DNA from: Candidatus Multivoraceae bacterium
GTDB taxonomy: Bacteria > Acidobacteriota > Thermoanaerobaculia > Multivoradales > Multivoraceae
Direction of reading: 5' to 3'
Assembly: GCA_965223385.1 (NCBI GenBank)
Contig: CBDCWR010000007.1
Location: 2,739,165-2,803,164 of the forward strand
Length of the DNA: 64,000 bases
Of the stretch, positions 11,426 to 21,459 are shown one piece after another. Both the position numbers and the translations under genes were made by a program. Below the pieces are notes generated by a model that was given only the letters and a program-made list of their open reading frames with translations, made no database searches and had not been told where the DNA came from. Positions within the stretch are counted from its first letter, which is position 1. Each line of letters opens with the position of its first letter.

Positions 11426-12847
11426 ATGAGCCTCCGCAAGCCAGGTTCGAGCCACCATCTCGTCTTCTCAGGGCATCGCGGCGAAGATCCGGAGCTCTCC
11501 GCTGTTCTCAGCGACGAGGCCATGCTTCGCGCGATGCTGCGCTTCGAGGCCGAACTGGCGATGGTCCAGCAGAGGTTGGGCGTCATCCCAGCGCCGCACG
11601 GCGACGTGATCGCACGGCAGGCTCTGGCGCTCGTTCCCGACGATGAACGCCTCTACGCCCAGACGGAAGTCGACGGCGTGCCGGTGCCCGAGCTGGTCGA
11701 TCAACTCCGTCAGGCCGTGGCTCGGGAAGAACCCGCTGCTGCGACCTCGGTCCACTTCGGTGGCACCAGCCAGGACGTCTTCGACACGGCGCTGGTCCTG
11801 CAGCTTCGGGAGGCTCTCGCCTGTCTGCAGCTGCGCCTCGAGCGCGTCCTCCGGCAGTTGGCCGGTCTCGCTCACGAGCACCGAGCCACGGTGATGATGG
11901 GGCGGACGCGCTGGCAGCATGCCGTGCCGGTGACCTTCGGTGTTCAGGTCTGCGACTGGCTCTCTCCTCTCGGCCGGCAGGTGTCGCGGCTCCGAGAGCT
12001 GCGTCCCCGGCTCCTGAGCCTGCAGCTGGGGGGCGCGGCCGGCACCCTGCAAGCGCTCGGTCCGCTCGGCTTCGAGGTGGCGGAGGCGCTTGCCGAAGAG
12101 CTCGATCTCGCCACAGGCGACGTGTGGCAGACCCAGCGCGACGCGTATGCCGAGCTCGGCTCCTGGCTGTCGATCACCACCGGCCTTCTGGGAAAGATGG
12201 GCTTTGACGTTCTGACGCTCCTGCAGAACGACGTGGGCGACCTTCATCTGGCAGGGGGCGGCGGCTCGAGCGCCATGCCCCACAAGCGCAACCCGGTCCT
12301 GGCGGAGCGTCTGGTGGCCAACGCGCGCACGAGTGCGAGCTTGCTGGGCGCTCTGCACGGCTCCCTGGTCCACGAGCATCAGCGCAGCGGTGTGGCCTGG
12401 CAGCTGGAGTGGCACTCTCTGCCCGAGATGCTCTTCCAGTGTGGCAATTCGCTACTGGCTGCAGAACGTCTGCTCGACGACCTCGAAGTCGACGTCGGCG
12501 CGATGCGAGCCCGTGTCGAAGAGCCGCCGGGCCTCGCTCTCGCGGAGGCAGCCAGCTGCCTGCTCAGCACCTCGCGTGGTCGGGCCGATGCCAAGGCTGC
12601 CGTGCGGGCTGCGGCCGAGCAGGCGCGTCGCTCGGGCGATCATCTGCTCGAGGTTCTGGCAAGGGCCGAGCCCGAAACCGACTGGGCGCCCCTGAGGGAA
12701 CCGCAGGGCTGGATCGGCCTCGCCGGGGAGCGCGTCGACCGGGCCTTGAGAGAAGCAGAACGGCACTGGGGTGCAGCTTCTCGTGATCCGCAGCGCTCCG
12801 AGGAGCGGGGCCGCCGGACACGGCCGACGTCGAGAAACCGAGGATGA
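11426..12847 (+). CDS. pcaB: 3-carboxy-cis,cis-muconate cycloisomerase (fumarase/aspartase superfamily)
   Basis: SDEAMLRAMLRFEAELAMVQQRLGVIP..., GGTSQDVFDTALVLQLRE, SSAMPHKRNP signature. Start at the MSLRK ATG; the first 25 codons of the ORF overlap pcaG. Confidence 0.8.
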   Translation: MSLRKPGSSHHLVFSGHRGEDPELSAVLSDEAMLRAMLRFEAELAMVQQRLGVIPAPHGDVIARQALALVPDDERLYAQTEVDGVPVPELVDQLRQAVAREEPAAATSVHFGGTSQDVFDTALVLQLREALACLQLRLERVLRQLAGLAHEHRATVMMGRTRWQHAVPVTFGVQVCDWLSPLGRQVSRLRELRPRLLSLQLGGAAGTLQALGPLGFEVAEALAEELDLATGDVWQTQRDAYAELGSWLSITTGLLGKMGFDVLTLLQNDVGDLHLAGGGGSSAMPHKRNPVLAERLVANARTSASLLGALHGSLVHEHQRSGVAWQLEWHSLPEMLFQCGNSLLAAERLLDDLEVDVGAMRARVEEPPGLALAEAASCLLSTSRGRADAKAAVRAAAEQARRSGDHLLEVLARAEPETDWAPLREPQGWIGLAGERVDRALREAERHWGAASRDPQRSEERGRRTRPTSRNRG

Positions 12848-12859
12848 AGGGGTCGGGAG

Positions 12860-14074
12860 ATGACTGAGGAAAAGGTGGCAGCAGCGCCCGCCGGCGCACG
12901 AGTCTGGGACGTCGATCCGTACGACGAGGACATCCTTCGCGACCCGTACGCGTACTACACCGAGCTGCGCGAGCACGGTGGCATCGTCTGGCTCTCCCGA
13001 TATGGCATCTGGGCCGTGGGGAGACAGGAAGACGTTCGTGACGTCTTCTCCGACTGGAGGCGCTTCTGTTCGTCGCGCGGCGTAGGGCTCACCGACTTCA
13101 AGACGGAAGCGCCGTGGCGCCAGCCGAGCATCATCCTGGAAGTCGATCCACCGGAGCACCGCAAGGCGCGCAAGGTGATGACCGAGGCCCTCTCGCCGCA
13201 AGCCGTGAGCTCACTCCGCGACGGCTTCTGCGACGCCGCCGAAACGCTGGTCGACGAACTGCTCCAGCGCGGCAGCTTCGACGCCGTGCCTGAGCTGGCG
13301 GAGGCTTTCACCCTCGAGGTTTTTCCCGACGCCGTGGGCCTCGGCCCGGAAGACCGCCGGAACCTGCTGGTGTACGGGAACATGGTCTTCAACGCACTCG
13401 GGCCGGACAATCGGTTGCGCCAGGAGGCTCTGGCACACGGCGCGACGGTGGTTCCCTGGATCACCGAACGCTGTGGTCGCGAAGCACTGAAGTCTCCGGG
13501 ACTGGGCGCCACCATCTACGAAGCGGCAGACGCCGGCGACGTCACGCACGAAGAGGCCGGTCTCCTGGTGCGCTCGCTGCTCAGCGCCGGCGTGGATACG
13601 ACCGTTGCCGGCCTCGGAGGCGCAGCCCTGGCTTTTGCCGAGAACCCTGCGCAGTGGCAGCTCTTTCGTGAGAACGAGGCGCTTCACCGAACGGCCTTCG
13701 ATGAGCTGCTGCGCTACTACTCACCCGTTCACTCCTTCTGTCGGACCTCGGCGATCGACACCGAGGTCGGGGGAGTTCCGGTTGCCGAAGGTCAGAAGGT
13801 CCTGTGTGTTCTTGCCGCCGCGAATCGAGACCCGGAGTTCTGGGACCGCCCCGACGAGCTCGATGTCGAGCGGCGTACTCGCGGCCATGTGGCATTTGGC
13901 GTGGGGCTGCATTCCTGCGTCGGCCAGGTCATCGCGCGCCTCGAGGCGGAGGTCCTTCTCGGCACGATGGCGCGCAAGGTGAAGAGCTTGGAGCTCGACG
14001 GCGAGCCGGAGTGGCAGCCCGGCAATTCGATGCGCACTCTCAAGAGCCTTCCACTGCGAATGACGGCTGCCTGA
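12860..14074 (+). CDS. Cytochrome P450 monooxygenase
   Basis: Heme-binding loop FGVGLHSCVGQ (FxxGxHxCxG), EELLRYYSPV (ExxR), AGVDTT I-helix. 404 aa; no ferredoxin or reductase gene adjacent. Confidence 0.85.
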   Translation: MTEEKVAAAPAGARVWDVDPYDEDILRDPYAYYTELREHGGIVWLSRYGIWAVGRQEDVRDVFSDWRRFCSSRGVGLTDFKTEAPWRQPSIILEVDPPEHRKARKVMTEALSPQAVSSLRDGFCDAAETLVDELLQRGSFDAVPELAEAFTLEVFPDAVGLGPEDRRNLLVYGNMVFNALGPDNRLRQEALAHGATVVPWITERCGREALKSPGLGATIYEAADAGDVTHEEAGLLVRSLLSAGVDTTVAGLGGAALAFAENPAQWQLFRENEALHRTAFDELLRYYSPVHSFCRTSAIDTEVGGVPVAEGQKVLCVLAAANRDPEFWDRPDELDVERRTRGHVAFGVGLHSCVGQVIARLEAEVLLGTMARKVKSLELDGEPEWQPGNSMRTLKSLPLRMTAA

Positions 14075-14107
14075 GCTCGTCACGTCTCCCCGCGGAGGAC
14101 CGACTCC

Positions 14108-15607
14108 ATGTCAGCACTGATTCCGATGTCTGCCCCGCCATCAGCTCGGGCCCTGCAGAAGCCCCGAACGCCTGCACTTGTCCTCACTCTCACGTTCCTC
14201 TGCCTCGCCCCTTCTGCACTGCTGCCTCAGAGCGCTGCCGAAGCTCCTCCTGTGAAGGCAGCGCTCAGAATCGCCGACGAGTGGCTCGAGTATCAGGTGG
14301 CCAGGCAGAACCTGCCGAGTCTCTCCATCGGACTGGTGATCGGTGGCGACCTGTTGTTCAAGAAGAGCTACGGCTACGCCGATGTCGAGAGCAGGACGCC
14401 GGCGACCGCCGACACGATCTACAGCATCTGTTCGGTGAGCAAGGTCTTCACCGCGGCAGCGGCCCTGCAGCTGCGCGATGCAAACGAGCTCTCTTTGGAC
14501 CAGGAGATCTCCGAACTGATTCCCTGGTACCGGAAGCGGGACACCTTCCCGGCGGGCGGCCCGGTCACTGTTCATGGCTTGCTCTCGCACTCTTCGGGGC
14601 TCCCCGACGATCTGAAGGGCACGTACTGGTCGGACCAGAGATTCCCGAGCCGGGATGAGGTCGAAGAACTGCTCAATGAAGCGACGGCCCTCTTTCCGGC
14701 TTCCACTCGCGAGGAATACTCGAACGTTGGCTACGAGATGGCCGGTTTTGTGGTCGAAGAGACTGCTGGCCGCAGCTTTGCCGACTACATCCGCAGCGAG
14801 TTTCTCGAGCCGCTGGGCATGGACGACACGACACTCGACATTCCGGTGGGCGACCCGAAACTCGCCACCGGCTATAGCGGCGGCGGCCGTTCGAACCAAC
14901 GCGACGAGATCGCCCCGTACCAGATCAAGAGCTTGACGGCCGCGGCGGGCATGGCCTCGACGGTGAACGACCTACTCAAGTTCGTCACCTGGCAGTTCCG
15001 GGTTCTGGCGAGCGGCGAGACCGAGATTCTCTCTCCGAGCACACTGCGAGAGATGATGACGGTGCAGTGGTTCAACCCAGGTCAGACGGCGCACCGTGGC
15101 TACGGCTACAGCGTGGTGGACCTGGGTGGCCAGACCATTGCCGGCAAAGACGGTGGCTGCCCTGGGTACGTGTCGCTCGTCATCCTGGATCCGCAGACCC
15201 AGCTCGGTGGGGTTCTCCTCATCAATGCCAACGGCGCCGACCCATGGGCGTTCCTGCGTGGTGCTTCCGAGCTCCTCGGCCCGGCTCTCGGGCGTGCCGC
15301 TGCGATGGCCCAGGCTTCGATGGGCGAGGCTCCGACTGATTTGAGCAGGTTCGAAGGCGTCTACCGCGGCTACCCGAGTGACATGGAGGTCGTGTTGGTG
15401 GCAGATGGCGGAACGCTCGTTCAGGCATCGCTCAATACTCTCTCGCCGGCAGGCGGCCTGGTAAAGCTCCGCCCTGTGGGCGACTTGCGCTTCGAGCGTC
15501 TGGGCAGCAACGGTGAGACCGTCGCGGAGGTGGTGTTCGTGCCCGACGGTGACGGCGCGATTGCTGAGCTGCACACCCTCGGCAGTGCTTGGACCAAAAC
15601 CAGGTAG
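14108..15607 (+). CDS. Serine hydrolase, class C beta-lactamase/esterase fold, secreted
   Basis: SVSK (SxxK) with the YSxN-like pattern; N-terminal signal peptide; 499 aa. Last gene of the pca-P450 co-directional run. Confidence 0.75.
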   Translation: MSALIPMSAPPSARALQKPRTPALVLTLTFLCLAPSALLPQSAAEAPPVKAALRIADEWLEYQVARQNLPSLSIGLVIGGDLLFKKSYGYADVESRTPATADTIYSICSVSKVFTAAAALQLRDANELSLDQEISELIPWYRKRDTFPAGGPVTVHGLLSHSSGLPDDLKGTYWSDQRFPSRDEVEELLNEATALFPASTREEYSNVGYEMAGFVVEETAGRSFADYIRSEFLEPLGMDDTTLDIPVGDPKLATGYSGGGRSNQRDEIAPYQIKSLTAAAGMASTVNDLLKFVTWQFRVLASGETEILSPSTLREMMTVQWFNPGQTAHRGYGYSVVDLGGQTIAGKDGGCPGYVSLVILDPQTQLGGVLLINANGADPWAFLRGASELLGPALGRAAAMAQASMGEAPTDLSRFEGVYRGYPSDMEVVLVADGGTLVQASLNTLSPAGGLVKLRPVGDLRFERLGSNGETVAEVVFVPDGDGAIAELHTLGSAWTKTR

Positions 15608-15922
15608 GACGTTCGGGATCGTCTCGGGCCAAGCTGACGGATGATCCAGAGGAGTCGGTCCTTGTCCTCGAACCGCGCCTTCCAGCCCGACGCAGCGCGC
15701 TGCGAGTTGGTGGCGAATGCTGGCTTTCGCCGACTGAGCTTTTTGCAAGAGTGCAGGCGATCTTGACTGAGCGACGACCTCGGCCCGACCGATACACCCG
15801 GACGATCCACTACGCTGCTCCCTCCGGTGCTCGCGTTGTGGCCTTCCCCTCACTGGAAGTACGACAACGAGGACATCAGGCACCAGCTCTTGCAGTTTCG
15901 GGCTTCTCGGCGACCCGAAGAT

Positions 15923-15947
15923 GCACGGGCGGCGCATGGTATCCCCA
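15923..15947. repeat. 25-bp perfect direct repeat (gcacgggcggcgcatggtatcccca), copy 1: candidate distal att site of a tRNA-Glu-associated island
   Basis: Identical to 29452..29476, which overlaps the 3' terminus of tRNA-Glu. Lies in a 640-bp gene-free segment. Confidence 0.6.
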
Positions 15948-16249
15948 GTGTCCGAGAGTTGGAACCAGATCTTTGCGGACCTGATCGTCCTCGTGGAACT
16001 AGGGCGCTCGGGTAGCGCGACGACACGTGTGCTGTGACTGACGGTCCCAGAATGTCTCGAATCACGGTCCCTAGCCTGATTGGAACCCCACAGAGGCCAC
16101 TTGCGGGGTTCAGGGAGCTAGGCATTTCAGCACCAGGATCGGAAAGCCAAGGGCGCGGCGGACGTTCCAGACCAGCGTTGCCCTGAGGTGGCGGGTAGCC
16201 CGCCGGAGAGCGTGCAGGGCGCGCGCTCCGGGCCTACGCTCAGCTCAGC

Positions 16250-18511
16250 TCAGCTCAGTTTCAGGGGCAGGCGGCGCAGGCGGAGCGCGTTGGTAATGAC
16301 CGACACGGAGCTGAAGCTCATGGCGGCGGCGGCGAACATCGGGCTCAGCAGCACGCCCGTGAACGGGTAGAGGAGACCAGCGGCAACCGGCACTCCGAGC
16401 GCGTTGTACACGAACGCGAAGAAGAGGTTCTGCCGGATGTTGCGCATGGTGCCGTCGCTCAGTTGGCGCGCGCGTACGATCCCAAGGAGGTCTCCCTTCA
16501 CCAGGGTCACGCCGGCGCTTTCCATGGCCACGTCCGTGCCGGTTCCCATCGCGATTCCCACGTCGGCACGTGCGAGAGCCGGCGCGTCGTTGATTCCGTC
16601 ACCCGCCATAGCGACCACGCGCCCCTGCTCGCGCAGCTCGCGCACGGCGAGCTCCTTGTGCTCCGGAAGCACCTCGGCGCGCACGTCGGAGATCCCCAGC
16701 TGTCGTCCCACCGCCTCGGCCGTGGTGCGGCTGTCGCCGGTCATCATCACCACCTGCAGGCCGCTGCGCTCGAAGGCCGCCAGGGCGTCCGAGGTGGTCT
16801 CTTTGATCGGGTCGGCGACGGCCACGAGCCCTGCAGCCGCGCCGTCGACCGCCACGAACATGATGGTCTGGCCTTCCGCCCGCCGGATTTCAGCGCGTTC
16901 CGCGAGGGCCGTGGCGTCTGCGTCCAGATCCTCCATGAGAGCTCGATTGCCGAGCGCGACCGACCGCCCGTCGACCCGGCCCACGACGCCCTTGCCGGTG
17001 ATCGACTGGAAGTCATCGGTGTCCGTCGGAGCAACGCCGCGGTCGGCTGCGCCGTCCACGATCGCCGTGGCCAGGGGATGCTCACTGCCGCGCTCGAGAC
17101 TCGCGCTCAGTCGGAGCAGCTCGTCATCCGGGAGAGAGTCCGAGACCACTCCGACCAGCCGAGGTCGGCCCTCGGTCAGCGTGCCCGTCTTGTCGACGAC
17201 GAGAGTGTCGACGTCCCGGAGGCGCTCGATCGCTTCCGCGTCCTTGAAGAGAACGCCGACCTCGGCTCCTTTTCCGGTGGCGACCATGATGGACATCGGG
17301 GTCGCCAGCCCGAGCGCGCAGGGGCACGCGATGATGAGCACGGCGATCGCGTTGACGAGCGCGTACGCCATCCGCGGCTCGGGGCCCACCGAGGCCCACA
17401 CGACGAACGTCAGCACGGCGACACCGATGACGATCGGCACGAAGATCCCGGCGACCACATCTGCGAGCTTCTGAATCGGAGCGCGGCTCCTCTGTGCGGC
17501 GGCCACCATGTCGACGATCTGCGAGAGCAACGTCTCGCTCCCGACCCGCTCCGCGCGCATGACCATCCCGCCGGTGCCGTTGACTGTGGCGCCGATCACG
17601 GGGTCGCCCTCGGCCTTCTCCACGGGCATCGGCTCTCCGGTGACCATCGACTCGTCGACCGAGCTGCGACCGGAGGTGACCGTGCCATCCACCGGGACCT
17701 TTTCGCCGGGCCTGATGCGCAGCAGATCGCCGACGGCCACCTGGTCGAGACCGATCTCCTGTTCCACGCCGTCTTCGCCCAGGCGCAGGGCCGTCTTCGC
17801 CTGCAGCCCGAGAAGCGCCTTGATCGCGGCGCCTGTCTTTGTGCGTGCCCGCAGCTCGAGGACCTGTCCCAGGAGGATGAGGGTGACGATGACCGCCGCA
17901 GCTTCGAAGTACACGCCCACCTCGCCGTGCTCGTCGCGGAACGAGGCCGGAAAGATCTCCGGCGCGAGGGCGGCGACGACGCTGAATCCATACGAAGCGG
18001 CGACGCCCAGGCCGATCAGCGTGAACATGTTCAGGCTGCGGTTTCTGAACGACTGGAGGCAGCGCATGAAGAAGGGCCAGGCGGACCACAGGCAGACGGG
18101 TGTCGCCAGCGCCAGCTCGAGGAGAACCCGCACCTGCGGGCGAATCAGGTTCGAGATCGGCTCTCCCGGAAGAACCATGTCTCCCATGGCGAGGACCAGC
18201 ACCGGCAGGGAGAACACGGCCGCCAGCCAGAAGCGCCTCGTCATGTCTCGGAGCTCCCCGTCGTCCTCCGGCTCGGCCGAAGGCGAGATGGGCTCGAGCG
18301 CCATGCCGCAGATCGGGCAGTTGCCGGGCTCGTCCTGGACGACCTCCGGGTGCATCGGACACGTCCATTTCGTCGCCGGAGGAGCATCCGGCCTCAGGGA
18401 TTCGAGGGCCATCCCGCACTTGGGGCAGCTGCCGGGCTCTTGCTCGAGAACCTCGGGATGCATGGGACACGTAAACCCTGTCGTGGCGGGTTCGTCGTTG
18501 TTCGAGAGCAT
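16250..18511 (-). CDS. copA: Copper-translocating P1B-type ATPase with two N-terminal CPMHPE..CPxCGM (YHS/TRASH-like) metal-binding domains
   Basis: CPC transmembrane motif ([12 protein letters not shown]), DKTGTLT phosphorylation site, [12 protein letters not shown] motif. N-terminus [22 protein letters not shown] and [22 protein letters not shown]. Confidence 0.9.
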   Translation of the reverse strand: MLSNNDEPATTGFTCPMHPEVLEQEPGSCPKCGMALESLRPDAPPATKWTCPMHPEVVQDEPGNCPICGMALEPISPSAEPEDDGELRDMTRRFWLAAVFSLPVLVLAMGDMVLPGEPISNLIRPQVRVLLELALATPVCLWSAWPFFMRCLQSFRNRSLNMFTLIGLGVAASYGFSVVAALAPEIFPASFRDEHGEVGVYFEAAAVIVTLILLGQVLELRARTKTGAAIKALLGLQAKTALRLGEDGVEQEIGLDQVAVGDLLRIRPGEKVPVDGTVTSGRSSVDESMVTGEPMPVEKAEGDPVIGATVNGTGGMVMRAERVGSETLLSQIVDMVAAAQRSRAPIQKLADVVAGIFVPIVIGVAVLTFVVWASVGPEPRMAYALVNAIAVLIIACPCALGLATPMSIMVATGKGAEVGVLFKDAEAIERLRDVDTLVVDKTGTLTEGRPRLVGVVSDSLPDDELLRLSASLERGSEHPLATAIVDGAADRGVAPTDTDDFQSITGKGVVGRVDGRSVALGNRALMEDLDADATALAERAEIRRAEGQTIMFVAVDGAAAGLVAVADPIKETTSDALAAFERSGLQVVMMTGDSRTTAEAVGRQLGISDVRAEVLPEHKELAVRELREQGRVVAMAGDGINDAPALARADVGIAMGTGTDVAMESAGVTLVKGDLLGIVRARQLSDGTMRNIRQNLFFAFVYNALGVPVAAGLLYPFTGVLLSPMFAAAAMSFSSVSVITNALRLRRLPLKLS

Positions 18512-18548
18512 CGCGTGCGACTCCTTTCTCGGGCGTCCGAGGTCTTCG

Positions 18549-19844
18549 TCAGGACAGAAAGATCCACGTCATCAGCAGGAAGAGAGGGAGGAGGATGGCG
18601 GCTGACCAACGGAAGTAGCCGAAGAACGAGGGCATGGGAACCCCATCTTCGTCCGCGATGAGCTTGACGACGAGATTGGGCGCGTTGCCGATGTACGTGA
18701 ACGCTCCCATCAGCACAGCTCCACATGAGATTGCCCGGAGCAGGCTCGGTCCGGGCTCTCCTCGGCCCAGGAGCTCGGCGAGAAAGAAGCGCTGGCTTGC
18801 ATCGACATCCAGGAGTCCGGCAGCCGCGCTCGCGAAGGTCAGGTAGGTCGGCGCGTTGTCGAGCCAGCTGGAAAGAAGGCCCGTGGCCCAGAAGAACTGC
18901 CAGGGCTCGCGGAGCCCGAGGCTCGAGCTGTGGGAGTTGAGTACGAGGACCGGCGCGGTCATCGTCACGAAGAGCCCGAGAAAGACCAGACCGACTTCGC
19001 GGATCGGCTTCCACGAGAAGCCGTTGGCCTCTCGAACGTCCCGGCTGGACGTTGCCCAGGCGGCTGAGGTCACGGTGATGAGGAAGAGCTCGTGTCCACC
19101 GAATGGCACGGATGCCAGAGCACCGGAGCGTCGCCCGACGATCGAGAGCAGGACGAGCGCGAGAAAGAGGAAGCTGACCAGACCGCGGACTCGCAGTGCG
19201 TCCGCAGCTTCAGGTTGCGCCCCGGTTGGCTCTTGCTCGTAGAGGACGCGATCGACGCAGTAGAAGCCGAGGAGCAGGAACGTGACCGCGAACGCCCAGT
19301 GATTCCAGAGTGTCTCGAGGGTCCAGGCGAACGGAACTCCACGGAGGAAACCGAGAAACAGCGGGGGGTCACCGAGTGCCGTGAGCAGACCGCCGACGTT
19401 CGACACGAGCAGAATGAAGAAGATCACCTGATGCGACCGATGAGCGCGCCACGCGTTCGCCCGGAGGAGAGGCCGGATGAGGATCACGGAGGCGCCCATC
19501 GTTCCCACCAGGCTGGCGAGCGCGGCGCCGGTCGCGAGCAGAGCGACGTTGGAGCGAGGGGTGCCCTTGAAGCCACCCTCGACCACCAGTCCGCTGGCGA
19601 TGACGTACAGCGCCGCGAGCAGCGTGACGAACGAGAAGTAGTCCTCGAGCGCGTGGCGCAGCTGCTCCACGCCTTCGGGCCCTCTGAACACGCCGAGGAG
19701 GATCGCCGCGGGTAGCGCCGCTGCGAGGCACACGGTGAGCTTGCTCCAGTCGTTGGACCACCACTCTGCAGCGATCTGCGGAAGGAGCGCGATCGAAACC
19801 AGGAGGAGGAGGAACGGCAGAACTGTCCAGAGAGGCAACGTCAT
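18549..19844 (-). CDS. ArsB/NhaD-superfamily permease (Na+/H+ antiporter NhaD-like / anion permease)
   Basis: ~432 aa polytopic membrane protein starting [23 protein letters not shown]. The upstream 135 codons of the ORF are Arg/Pro-rich junk. Confidence 0.55.
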   Translation of the reverse strand: MTLPLWTVLPFLLLLVSIALLPQIAAEWWSNDWSKLTVCLAAALPAAILLGVFRGPEGVEQLRHALEDYFSFVTLLAALYVIASGLVVEGGFKGTPRSNVALLATGAALASLVGTMGASVILIRPLLRANAWRAHRSHQVIFFILLVSNVGGLLTALGDPPLFLGFLRGVPFAWTLETLWNHWAFAVTFLLLGFYCVDRVLYEQEPTGAQPEAADALRVRGLVSFLFLALVLLSIVGRRSGALASVPFGGHELFLITVTSAAWATSSRDVREANGFSWKPIREVGLVFLGLFVTMTAPVLVLNSHSSSLGLREPWQFFWATGLLSSWLDNAPTYLTFASAAAGLLDVDASQRFFLAELLGRGEPGPSLLRAISCGAVLMGAFTYIGNAPNLVVKLIADEDGVPMPSFFGYFRWSAAILLPLFLLMTWIFLS

Positions 19845-19861
19845 GTCTGGTCCGCGGTCAA

Positions 19862-20119
19862 TTACCGACCCCGACTGGCGAAGACGTTGTAGAGCGGGGT
19901 CCAGATCAGGGCCACGAACCACCCATAGGCGTAGCTCTCCACGAGGCCGAGGGCGAAGTGCCCCCACGAGAGCCACTCGAATCCGGGCAGCAGGTCTCGC
20001 CACGCCTCGTACATCGCGTGCTCCGGGAAGAGGAGGTCGAAGCCGATACAGAGGGTGAAGCTGAGAGCCAGGAACAGGCTCGTCGCGTGCCCGAAGGCGG
20101 TGAGAGACAGGCGGGTCAT
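19862..20119 (-). CDS. Small membrane protein (2 TM), unknown function
   Basis: MTRLSLTAFGHATSLFLALSFTLCIGFDLLFPEHAMYEAWRDLLPGFEWLSWGHFALGLVESYAYGWFVALIWTPLYNVFASRGR. ATGA-type coupling with the upstream YHS gene (20116-20119). Confidence 0.4.
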   Translation of the reverse strand: MTRLSLTAFGHATSLFLALSFTLCIGFDLLFPEHAMYEAWRDLLPGFEWLSWGHFALGLVESYAYGWFVALIWTPLYNVFASRGR

Positions 20120-20448
20120 GGTCTCTCTCCTTGAGTGTTTTCTTTGGGTTCTGGAACGAAGGCGCGGGGGTCGGCCTCGAACCTCGTGCGGCAGCTCTTC
20201 GAGCAGAAGCGGTACGTGCGGCCGTCGAGCACGTGGGCCCAACCCTCATCGGCTGCGACCTTCATGCCGCACACGGGGTCGAGCGAATCGTCTCGAGCCC
20301 ACGCGGGGTCCGGCCGGCCACCGGCTTCGGAGTGGCGGACCAAGTGAGCTCCGTGCACCATTTCCGCGCCCCATCCGCCCCGCATGGCCAGGTAGAAGAC
20401 GAGCGCAAACGACAGGAGACCGAGCAGGTTCATGAAGAGGAATGTCAT
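20116..20448 (-). CDS. YHS-domain protein with N-terminal TM anchor
   Basis: DPVCGMKVAADEGWAHVLDGRTYRFCSKSCRTRFEADP is a YHS (TRASH-like) motif. Start MTFLFMNLLG with GGGAGGA SD. Confidence 0.65.
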   Translation of the reverse strand: MTFLFMNLLGLLSFALVFYLAMRGGWGAEMVHGAHLVRHSEAGGRPDPAWARDDSLDPVCGMKVAADEGWAHVLDGRTYRFCSKSCRTRFEADPRAFVPEPKENTQGERP

Positions 20449-20736
20449 GCAGAGTCCTCCCGCAGTGAGTTTTGGGACCGCGAGCGTCGAGGCCGCGGCT
20501 GGCACGGGATGCGCCGTGGATCGGCGTCGTGGGTGTCGCCGCCAGAATCACGGTGCTAGACGCAGGGCCTCTCGGTGCGTTACACCTCGTTGGGAAGCCG
20601 CTCGGGGCTTGCTGGGGCGAGGAGTCTTGCGCAGACCGTGCGCGTGGGCTCTCGGTCGAGGCAATCCGTAGTTGCCGCAACGCCCCACGAAACCAACCTC
20701 GGCCCTGAGAGCCGGGGGCAGTGAGCCGGGACGTTG

Positions 20737-21378
20737 CTAGCTGCTCGGCCCGGCTCGCGGACAGTCGCAGTCCAGGCAGCCGTGCTCGGCGCAGAGCCCG
20801 CACGTCACGAGCAGGGTCTCGCGCAGGGAGCGGCGGGCTCGATGGAGCCTGACCCGCGCGTTGGTGGGAGAGATTCCCAGGTTCTCCGCTACCTCGGTGA
20901 GCGGACGCTCGTCCAGGTCGACCTCGCGCAGAATTTCCCGGTAGCTGTCGCGGAGGGTCTCGATCGCGGCGGCAGCGCAGAGGCACGCGCTCCGGAAGAT
21001 CTCGTCGTCGAGTTCGGTCTCGGAGGGCTGCTCCGTGGCGAAGAGCTCTCTGGCCCGGCCCGTGGTGGCGCGTCGTCGGTACAAATCGGTCACGCTGTTG
21101 CGCAGGACCCGGTAGAACCAGGCGACCGGGCTCTCCAGAGCGTCCGCGTCGTTGCGAAGACCCTTCAGGTAGGCCTCGTGCAGGAGGTCTTCGGCGTCTT
21201 CGGGGTTGCCGACGCGCGGCTCGAGGAAGCGGAGAAAGTCGTCGCGCTTTTCCAGGAGCTGTGCGAGGTCGTGTCGATCGTCCGGGTCCACGCTCCCCAG
21301 GCTATTCCAAGAGACGGGATGACCGCAGGCCACGTGATTCGCTTGGGACCGATCCGTCTCTCTCGGTGGCGCGTACAC
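20737..21378 (-). CDS. ECF sigma-70 factor with C-terminal Cys-rich extension (CorE-like metal-sensing ECF)
   Basis: Sigma region 2 (DAEDLLHEAYLKGL, WFYRVLRNSVTDLYRRR), region 4 HTH (PLTEVAENLGISPTNARVRLHRARRSLR), then CGLCAEHGCLDCDC (six Cys). GTG start as in the ORF track; the true start may be downstream. Confidence 0.7.
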   Translation of the reverse strand: MYAPPRETDRSQANHVACGHPVSWNSLGSVDPDDRHDLAQLLEKRDDFLRFLEPRVGNPEDAEDLLHEAYLKGLRNDADALESPVAWFYRVLRNSVTDLYRRRATTGRARELFATEQPSETELDDEIFRSACLCAAAAIETLRDSYREILREVDLDERPLTEVAENLGISPTNARVRLHRARRSLRETLLVTCGLCAEHGCLDCDCPRAGPSS

Positions 21379-21459
21379 CGTTCAGGAATCCGAGGCACGT
21401 CCTCTCGTAGGTACTTGCCCTGATGGACACAGCGTTTGTCCACCCCGAGAGTCTCCGTC

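Noticed and set aside
15948-16010. Possibility that the left 25-bp repeat copy is part of a degraded second tRNA-Glu gene
   Set aside because: Sequence beyond the 25-mer shows no cloverleaf and no anticodon arm; only a weak TTGGAACC resemblance to the T-loop.
16463-18661. 732-aa plus-strand ORF antisense to copA, and the 17124..18470 minus ORF in another frame
   Set aside because: Both translate to R/G/D/H-rich nonsense. The copA frame carries CPC, DKTGT and GDGxNDxP motifs.
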